DNA of 59,181 bases, filler included, from Circinaria calcarea (Eukaryota), in assembly GCA_051942165.1 (NCBI GenBank). It is 7 parts of 7 records of this genome, joined end to end, with 100 filler letters (N's around TTAATTAATTAA, not from the genome) between each part and the next. Parts side by side here need not be neighbours in the genome. Positions count along the whole stretch, not along the records: positions 50,847 to 59,181 come from JAVECS010001130.1; 6 more parts are not named here. One strand, given 5' to 3'. The first letter of the stretch is position 1. Each line of letters opens with the position of its first letter. A program made the position numbers and the translations under genes. This document shows positions 50,747 through 59,181 of the stretch, piece after piece. The notes beneath the pieces are model-generated. The model saw only the letters and a program-made list of their open reading frames with translations. It ran no database searches and was not told the DNA's origin.

Positions 50747-50846
50747 NNNNNNNNNNNNNNNNNNNNNNNNNNNNNNNNNNNNNNNNNNNNTTAATTAATT
50801 AANNNNNNNNNNNNNNNNNNNNNNNNNNNNNNNNNNNNNNNNNNNN
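50747..50846. other. Artificial contig linker
   Basis: N44-TTAATTAATTAA-N44. Confidence 0.99.
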
Positions 50847-51442
50847 AGCTCACTCGCCGTGAGGCTGATTCTGCCAATCGGTTATCACCGCCTCCATTGT
50901 GCGCTATATGGATTTCTGGATAACCTTCGACGGTTGGTCCTACTGGGTGTATGCTGAATCTGCCAAAGTAGCTGCAGTACTCGAGGATTTGTGGGACGGG
51001 GAGGTCCACAAAGTCTTGGTTCCGAAAGACGACCACCTTGCGTTGGGCAACGAGCAGAGCGAGCTCATCCTTTCCCTTGTCTGATAGGGAATTGATTTGT
51101 ACACCAAGGACCTCTGAGCCCGTTGCGGGCGTGATGTGGCTTGTTTTCGTCTCCTGACTTAGAAGATGAGGGAAGGTTGGATCGGCATCCTTGCCGTGCT
51201 CGTAATACTCGAAAGGTTTGAGAGTAGCAATTTTCTGGTTAGGAGTCCACGTTGGTAGGTAGTTCGGGTACTGTGAAGCAATTAGTAAGCAGACTCAGAC
51301 AGTTACGGCCACGAATATCCAGTCTCACTTTTGTTTCCGCGTATTTCGGAGCCAATGTCTCTTTGGGGTCCTCCCCATGTTGAGCTCCATTCTGCACCGC
51401 GTCATAGGCTTGAGCCGAGGATCCGTTTGTTGTAGAAGCCAT
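50847..51442 (-). CDS. TauD/Jlp1-like alpha-ketoglutarate-dependent sulfonate dioxygenase (3' truncated)
   Basis: After one intron it reads YPNYLPTW, EHGKDADP, ITPATGSEVLGVQ, KDELALLVAQRKVVVFRNQDF, YFGR..IHP and GYPEIH. Confidence 0.88.
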
Positions 51443-52479
51443 ACGAAGTTGTTTCCCTATCGAAATAGAAACGACTAAGCGTCGCACAAGAATATATAAT
51501 CAGGACCTCAGGAGTACTCTTCTCCAGCAGATTCCCCGCAGCGAAAATTGCATCATTACAGCAAGTAAAATGCAATGCATGACTTCTAATTGCGAACCAA
51601 TAAGGGCGACAGAGCTGCATGTAGGGTGATTCCCAGTTAGTGCCAGGCAGAATGCGCAACCGGATAAGTTGCTGGTTGCGATCTTTTAGCCTTTACATCG
51701 TAATAGACTTTTGAGCATATAAAGCTCCGAAGACAATGGATAGATCATACTGAAATCCTTGAGGTAAGGTCGGGAGTGAAAGCATATATGTAATGTCAAG
51801 AGCGCTAGTTTCGGTGGGGTCCCTGTTTTCTGGGAGGATCGATAATCCCTGGGCTTGATCACCCGAGCGATTCAACGGGGACGATCGCGCTTCTAGAATA
51901 ACACCTAAAATAGAAACGGCACTAAAATCACTAAAGTCCCTGCTCAGACTATTAAAAATTTTCAGGTATTCAAGCTCCAGTTCATATTCTGATTGGTTCA
52001 AATGGTATGCATACGAAATACTAGAAGTAAATAATAAACTGAACTGGGCATTGATCTGCTAGCGCTGAGCTATGAATTATTTCCCATGCCACGTTGGTGG
52101 ATGGATCTGATCCACTATGCTAAAGGGATTGATTGTCCTAAGTTACTAGTGTGTATTATAAACAAATCAACAGGGCCGGATTAGGACTAGGAGTTGTAGC
52201 AGTATCCACGTGCTATTGCAGCATAACGAGAGGCTTCTAGTTAGAGGGTTGAAGTTGTCTTCCCCTCGAGGTCTTTTGAAAAATTATTCGAAGAGCCTTG
52301 CCTATGACAGCATTACATATCACCAGTTTTCCCCAAAGCCGAAATTATTTTTTAACCTGGAATTACTCCCCCTTTACACATAATCGTGCAGTTGGCTAAG
52401 TTGGCTGTCGAGAACAATGGATATCTCTTTTGGTGGACGAAAGCCTATCTATAAGTAGTGTACCACTGGACCGCGGCAT

Positions 52480-53260
52480 AGTCAGCCTCTGCAGCTTCTT
52501 TGCCGGCTGAGATTGTTGAAGCTCAAACGGTCTCAATGTATGTCGCATCTTACCCGACTTCTGTAGGACAACGATGGCATATGTGCGTATTTTGTATCAT
52601 TTGCACATAGGTGTGTTGCTTTATCGTACTGTTCGCAGACAGGGTACTTCCCATGCTTGAGTGTTTTGGGGGCTTTTTCATCATGGTTGGTATACTACTC
52701 ACCATTGTCGTTTGTGCCATTATGCCGCATGTCAATGGAATCCCCGACGCGACCACGGTTGTTTCTGGCAAGATCGGGACAATGCAACGGGCTACACAAA
52801 CAACAGGTCCTTTTTCATTCTCGGAATGCTTAACGAAGCTTTCGCTGTGGGTACCGCCGAAGTCGTTTTGCATCTGCCAGAGTAGCTTCCAAGGTACGTA
52901 ATTCAACTGGAAATAAGGCCCGCCCACAATTTCTGACACAGAGGCAAACCTAGCGCAAACATCCTCTAAGCGATTTTAGCCCAATTTGTGATAGGCTTTT
53001 TCGCAGCATTTTTCTACCTAATCGCAATCATCTATAACATTTCCGATTTCGATGGCTTCCTGAACGGCGGTGGTCTCATCCCACTCGCAACCATCTACCG
53101 CCAAGCCACTGGTTCAGCAGGTGGATCCCTTGGCATGTTGATTCTCGCCTTCCTACCTTCGTTATTGCGTGTACTGGCTACTATCTTACTGCCAGTCATA
53201 CCTTCTTGACGCTGGCTCGTGACAACGCAACGCCTTTTAGCAATACCTTTGCCAGGAATC
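52480..53260 (+). pseudogene. Pseudogene of an APC-family amino-acid/choline/GABA permease (Hnm1/Uga4-like)
   Basis: Fragments in shifting frames: QRWH..IICT*VCCFIVLFADRVLP, GMLNEAFAVGT..LHLPE*, PLATIYRQATGSAGG and TLARDNATPFS. Stops at 52608-52610 and 52883-52885, several frameshifts, both termini lost. Boundaries are approximate. Confidence 0.8.
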
Positions 53261-53644
53261 AGATCCGCAATCCAAGCCAATAAGTAACCTCCCAATAAAT
53301 GGTCTAATCGACAAATATTTAAGATTATGTAGTACTGACTATTGGATCGGGCATCAGTACAATGTAAGGAGGTGAAGCGCGGTGATGGTACATCGAATGA
53401 AAAAGGGCGGTGTTTATAGGAAACCCCAGAAGATTGGCTTCACGGAGCGAGTCAGTCCGAAGGCTCGGATGATCGGTAAATATAAGCCGCGAACGCTCAC
53501 CGGCAAGACTATTTCGTGAACAAAAAGCACTCCGTGCACAATAACTTTCAAACCACACACTTTACTACCTGTTACCATCACTTCGTGTCCGCTTCAAAAT
53601 TCATCTCAACCGCATTACCTAAAGTTCTGTGACACTCAGCTAAA

Positions 53645-54295
53645 ATGTACCGCATTATCACTCAGGTTCTCGGCCTTTTGCATCTAGTCTCATATGCCGT
53701 TGGTGCTCCAGCTATGACTCGAGACGCCATAGTCTCCAAGCGCTCCATCCCTGCTCTACAAGGCTGGTCTCAAACGAACTTTGGTGTACGTCTATTTTAA
53801 ATCGTGGCAGACTATACAAGTCATTCCACTTACGGCTGTGTAATAGGGAACAAAGGTTTATGAGATCTTCTGCACAGCCGACTTCTGCTGCCAAATCAAA
53901 GACATCCCAAGCAATCCCCAGAGCCCGATTCATTACACGACTCCAGTGCAATCCTTCAGCACTCTTCATGCCTCAGTCTCTCTCAAATGTTACAGCGAGG
54001 CTACAGTTTACATAAGTAGTGACTGCTCTGGCACAGTATGCAAAACACTTTCTTCTACTCTGACTTACGTTCAATTCCTGCTCCCATCTTCAATAATAGC
54101 CCAACAAGCTACTTTCCTACCACTTACAAAGACTAACAGACCGTTCCTTCCGTATAGCCCGTCGCCGCCTTCAACGCCTTCGCCGGCAACGACAATCTGG
54201 GTTATCCCATCGTTGCAAACTCCGTGAAGTTCATCACTAAGCCCGTCGGCGTGGCAACGGATGAAACTTGCATTTCTCAAGCAATCACTAAGTAA
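53645..54295 (+). CDS. Small secreted Cys-containing protein (155 aa; signal peptide, Kex2 site, six Cys); unknown family
   Basis: Exons 53645-53785, 53847-54035 and 54158-54295. Phase-0 introns GTACGT..TAATAG and GTATGC..CTAAC..TATAG. The start reads MYRIITQVLGLLHLVSYAVG/APAMTRDAIVSKR/SIPALQGW. Confidence 0.75.
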
Positions 54296-56389
54296 TGGGG
54301 CGTTGAGTTTCGGCTCTGCAGCCGCGTTGGAGATGACTGTCTGTAGACCCGTACTTAACATTGAAGGTGGTATGCTAGGAGAGGCTTCAAATACGGAGAC
54401 AGATTAAGGGATACGAGCTAGATTGATAGGTGGACAATAGACACACTCCAGTCTGAAAGCATAGGTTACAATTCAGTAGGCCGATTCAATTGCGTGAATT
54501 TCCCAAAAGATGCCATCTTCTATGTAGTGAATTGGGTGTTGGCAATGACCTTACAGACAAACGGTTTTCGATATATTGATTATGATGTGTCCGATTCAAT
54601 ATGCTATCCCTGCTCATGATATTCTGTAATAGAGGAGGTACCCCGTCATAAAATACGTATTTTATGCTAGAAATTTCATCCTGCCTATAGTGGATGCTCT
54701 TTAGCCATAGTTCTTGCAGTAGATGAATCTTCCACAAGGAGAGAATAGAGTATTGCTTATTGTCGAGGCATTTTCTTTACTGGAGGTGTGCAATGACTTC
54801 AAACCCCTTTTCTTACAAACTTAAAAAAATCCAACCCCGGAAGCTTCCGCTTGCATCAAGTTGCCTTCGAACTCTAAGCTGCAAGCGGTGTCGGGAAAAA
54901 TGCTTGCACTCTTCAAAAGCTAGGACTCTCTTGCCTAAATCTATGCGCATCGATGGCGGACTAGCTGTATGCGGAATCCTTGATATAATCATGATCGGGA
55001 GCCGCCATACTTCAGGGCTATGTGAAAGGGGAAGTTTACCTTGTTGGACGCTAACCCCAGTCGGGCTTTCCAATAAACTGTCTGAATCATCGTCGAGGCC
55101 TAGAAGGGTTGAAACAAAAGCCAGGCTAAACCCAGGGATGGTTGTATTTGAAACCCCCGAGAGGGTCGTATTGTAACAAGCGTCAGCCTTGAATTGTAGG
55201 TTCCCCACACCGATGTCCGTGAAAGCTATGAAATGGTGTTAATAGATAATACATGCTTGAACTTGCATGTACTCAACAGATCCTGTCAAAGGGGAGGCCT
55301 GGTATGATTGCCGCAAGCCTTTGGGATAAGATTAGAGATACCACCTTACGCGGTAGTCAGTAGAATCATATCTTCCTACTTCCTCAGATTATAGAGAAAT
55401 GTACTTTTAGAAATGGCGTTGTTAGTTACTGGCATGGTTTTGAGAATAAGCACAGACACACATACCATAGGCTAAGTTTATTCACTTAGAAGCAGGGGCG
55501 CGCGCCCCAATGTAGAGCACGACATTCCCTAGAATCGAAACAAAGTAATGAAAATGGATTAGCAAGATCATGAACGTCCCTAGCTATGACCCCTTGACGC
55601 TGCTTGCGGGGACGCTGTGGCCGAATCCTATAGTTGGCGCCGATGATAAATGTGGGGAGAAATTTTCTTTGATCTTTGAGTCTTTGTCCTTCCAGACAAG
55701 CAGCCGTCGCAGTGGATTTAATTATCATTTCGATCTTAGCCGCTGTGGCTTGCTTTATTTACAATCGTGTACACCAACTCACAAGCTCCTTTGTGAGTAC
55801 TTACGTTCACCGCTCTTGGGAAAGAAGCTACCAATCCCAGGACGCCTGGTTTTGATTCTCCCCTTTCAGTCGTTACCTTCGATCTCTTTTCATGGTCAAT
55901 AATGTTGTTTGTTTTCTCCCTTATATTCCCCTCTACCTAATAGTATTCCCCCACTATTATCTTATTCTCTCCGGCAACAAGCTGGTGATGAACTTCCGCG
56001 GAAAGCTATGAAGTGGAATCCGAGTTCCAGAGACGGTCTCACTACCTGCTGGTTCGAGGTAGACTGGCTGGTCCAAAGACCTCCAGATAGACTGCAGTCC
56101 ACGGATACTGCCTGACACTCTGGACTGAGAGCCAAACTCGCTAAGTCCCTCACTTATAAACTGGAAAGAGCTGATGACCATGAGTCATGTGATTAGGGCT
56201 TTAAAGTCATATGACTAGCCCTAGTGACTTCGGATTCTGAATGACGTAGTACGAGAACCCAATCCGGGTTGAAAGGCTTCAAGTCGCGTGGGCTAAGCCT
56301 CAAGTCATGCGAACCATGGTCTTGGGACATCCGTGCCCTAAAAGAGAATGTTAGGTCTATTCAAGCCTTCGGACTGGAAGATCACACTG

Positions 56390-56695
56390 TGTAAGGAAAA
56401 AAGTTGATGAAGCTCTGGTGAAGGGCCTTGGGGGATGTTCTTCTTGTTAACATTTTATATAGGACCAAAGTATCGGAAGCAGGACCTAGTAAGAAAAGGG
56501 GTGCAGTGGTTGAGGGGTTATTGTAAGAGGATATGCAGGTTATATGGGAAGCTATATTCATCCGTCAGTGAATTCGTAGTCTATATAAACATAAGTAAGA
56601 AAGATGTACAGTTCCGTGTTAGACTTTATCTCACTCTATTTTTCTCCTGTTCCTTCGGCAGAAGAAGCACTTGAAGACATTTCTCCTATCTTATA
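56390..56695. mobile_element. Possible degenerate solo LTR
   Basis: Starts TGTAAG and ends CTTATA (CTTACA with one C>T). Flanks are acactg/acaccg, with an internal TATATAAA, in an AT-rich 306-bp stretch. Confidence 0.25.
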
Positions 56696-56898
56696 ACACC
56701 GGGTCCAGCGAATATATATGATGAGTCAGGTTGTGTTGAACTGGTTGAGCCACATGATCTATACCTAAGACATACCCCTATTCTAATCAGCCGCTAGTCC
56801 TAAAGAAGGAAAAAGTATCTGATACATAACACTGATAGGCAACACCGGTGGTGATGTGGAACTTACCCGGGGCTGGCTAAGCGAGGGCTTTTGGGAGG

Positions 56899-56906
56899 TA
56901 TATAAA
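56899..56906 (+). promoter_or_regulatory. TATA box of the downstream DUF7730-like gene
   Basis: TATATAAA followed by a C/A/T-rich leader and a probable 5'-UTR intron (57182-57228). Confidence 0.5.
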
Positions 56907-57295
56907 CCATCTTCCACCCTGCTTCCTCCATCCTTCCTACACATCACACCTCCATCCTCAAACCTCCACGAAACTGGTTAATCAACCAGCTTTCATCCAC
57001 ACTTCGAAGTTACCATCATACATCCTTCCAACTATCAAGGCTTCTCTATTAGAGCTTCATCATTCAAGCTATCATAGAGCTAACTACCACCATCAAGCTC
57101 TGGTCGATACAGCCTTAATCCGTCATCCGCTACTTCAGAATCTTTCGGACCCCAAAGCTCTGAGTAGAAGCATCTGAACAGGTAGGTAGAAGCTCTTCTC
57201 TGGATGGTATCAAACTAATGGATAGCAGGCAAAGATTCCACTCTACGCTTCTTGCCCCCATCAACGAGCATCTGAAGATCCACTTCGTACCAGAT

Positions 57296-58424
57296 ATGTT
57301 CCCATTTCAGTCTGGTCTCTTCTCCACACGTGGAATGGCGAACACTCCCGCCACACAGCCAACACCTGCATTCTCGTTCACTCCACCCACGGTCCCTGGC
57401 AGCAGCCTAGGGAATACTCAAGTGCCAGAGCCAGCTGCAGTATTTCCATTCAGTCCAGCTCAACCAGCTGTTGGCTTGCAAGGAGTCTTGGGGAAGAGAA
57501 AGTCATCAGCGATAATTCATGGTGTTGCCAAATCATCAAACAAGCGTCATTGCACAACACAGTTGTCTAACCTGAGGTAAGCGAGATATATTCTTTTTTT
57601 TTAAAAAAAAAAAATCTTTACTAACTACTGATAGCCTGAGCAACACCCCATCAGTCACATTCCCCTTCCAGCGGTTGCCTGCCGAAGTTCAGGAAATGGT
57701 ATTGACGGCGATTCTCGGAAATCGTATCCTCCATATTTCGGAGCATGAGGACATCTGCCATTCCATTTTGAAGGAGAAGTGTTGGCCTCACTATAGGCAC
57801 TTCAAGCACATCGGCGCGGATGGGGTTCCCTCTACTGACCAGACCCAACTTGGAATGCTTCCTCGCATGAAGATCCACAAACTCGAAAACACGAGCATCC
57901 TGAAGACCTGCCGCGAACTTGCCGAAGTCGGAACGCTGGTGTTGTGGAAGACAAGCAGCTTCACATTCGACAAGCCGAAGAACTTTTCCCGTTTCATCGA
58001 ACTCCTGAAACCAGCGCAAGGATCCCTCATCCGAAAATTGCGGTTCATTATCGATGAACGGTCCGTTAAGCCAGAGTGGAACGACCAGGGCGTCCGCGAG
58101 TGTTCGGATTGGAACTCTGTCCTTACCACCGCGAATCTCAAGGCTTTCCCGCGCCTCCGCTCCGTACACGTCGATCTGTGCGTTCGGAAAGAAACCCCGA
58201 CCGGCCAACACCAACGGTTCGAACAAAGCTACATTTCCGGTCTGGCAGAATTCGGTAAACTGGAATTGGAGGTGAAGGTGGAGGTCCATGAATTGGGAGA
58301 GCACGGATTCGGTGGTCTGCGGTCGCACAACATCAAATGGGGCGAAAAGCAGAGGATTGACTATGGCGTTCAGGTGCAGAAGTTGATGGAGGGTGAACTT
58401 CTGCTTGCTCCTCCTGCGTCATGA
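57296..58424 (+). CDS. F-box-like/DUF7730-type uncharacterised fungal protein
   Basis: Exons 57296-57576 and 57635-58424, intron GTAAGC..CTAAC..ATAG. Motifs FPFQRLPAEVQEMV and ILKTCRELAEVGTLVLWKTSSFTF. Confidence 0.7.
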
Positions 58425-59084
58425 GTGCGGCAGTGTACATGGGAAGGAGAGGAAGGGGGGGAGGGCAGAGATGGGAATGGGGCTAGCAAGCAGGAATTTT
58501 GGAAAATTGAAGCATGCGTGACTCGTTTTGTTTAAACATGCGCGTCTCGGATCTTTGGGCCATACCAGGACATCGAAAAGATCGAGTGTTGGCCCATCGA
58601 AGGAGAAAATTTTGCATTTGTTCCACCAACAACATGTGTCCAACATACACAGGAACACATGTTGCAATTTGCTTTCATCGCGCAACTTAGATCTTCTAAT
58701 GCAAATGAACAAAATGCCAAACCATGATCTTGTGATAACGTGATAAATCATTGTAGTGGATGTTTATATGTGGGAAATAATCGGTAAAAGAGGCACGTGA
58801 CGCTAGTAGCCCTAACCCCTTTTTTAATATAAAAACCCCTTTTTTACCAAAATCCTTCGCATCCACTTCCCGTATAACGACCCCTTCATCTCGTCCACCC
58901 GGTATCCTAGACTCCCTAAAAACAATTATGGGCATTGTAAGTTATAATCAGAGCAGCCAAGATATTTAAATCTGAGGACACTGGGTAATACGCATATTTA
59001 TTAACTATAGATTAAAGCTGCAGCAACAAACAATGCCTCCAAGATCACTGCTACTCCCCGCACACCTACTACTCCCTTATTATT

Positions 59085-59129
59085 CCCCTCCTCATCTTCC
59101 CCCTCCTCATCTTCCCCCTCCTCATCTTC
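59085..59129 (+). repeat. Tandem repeat 3 x 15 nt (CCCCTCCTCATCTTC)
   Basis: Three exact copies near the contig end. Confidence 0.9.
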
Positions 59130-59181
59130 CTCCCTAGCCTCCGCTTCCTTCTTCCTTCTCTTCCCTCCCTCGCCCCGGTTC

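Noticed and set aside
8446..50802. TTAATTAATTAA recurring about every 8.4 kb as a repeat array or CRISPR-like structure
   Set aside because: It is always embedded in N44 flanks and is an artificial six-frame stop linker.
54400..55500. Possible decayed gene on the minus strand (131-aa ORF, WD40-like FSPCGRF fragment)
   Set aside because: I could not reconstruct a consistent frame or family by eye.
57594..57614. T9-A12 inverted homopolymer as a terminator or retro-insertion scar
   Set aside because: It lies within a normal 58-nt intron, with no target-site duplication.
57651..58328. 225-aa minus-strand ORF
   Set aside because: It is the antisense shadow of the DUF7730-like CDS.
1..59181. A window-wide functional cluster (for example SSD1 with PRY and hydrophobin, or NLR with bZIP)
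   Set aside because: These genes lie on different concatenated contigs, so no physical linkage can be inferred.

Overview
This is a filamentous ascomycete (Pezizomycotina) sequence with short GT-AG introns. It is not one locus: seven unrelated contigs (8401, 8395, 8392, 8370, 8347, 8341 and 8335 bp, in descending length) are joined by artificial N44-TTAATTAATTAA-N44 linkers, so neighbourhoods across linkers mean nothing. Contig 1 has GLE1 and SSD1, divergent. Contig 2 has a class I hydrophobin and the 5' end of a probable DEAD-box helicase. Contig 3 has an ALR1/CorA transporter, prephenate dehydratase, an AVT1-like transporter and eRF1. Contig 4 has a SPATA20/YyaL-like protein, a CAP/PRY protein and an MFS transporter. 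Contig 5 has a secreted S41 peptidase and an NLR-like NACHT-ankyrin protein. Contig 6 has a bZIP factor, a pseudogene with Hsp70-like fold, RIB1, MCM2 and MLO2/UBR7. Contig 7 has a TauD dioxygenase, a permease pseudogene, a small secreted Cys-containing protein and a DUF7730-like protein. Several models were rebuilt by hand across introns and are missing or fragmentary in the ORF track. Best leads: a ZZ-like zinc finger inserted inside the NLR's NACHT domain, an unannotated Kex2-processed 6-Cys secreted protein, an MCM2-UBR7 head-to-head pair sharing an MCB-containing promoter, and clusters of Ssd1-type CNYTCNYT motifs in the PRY and SSD1 leaders. No clearly new multi-gene system can be demonstrated from the sequence alone. 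Family calls come from motif recognition, not database searches.
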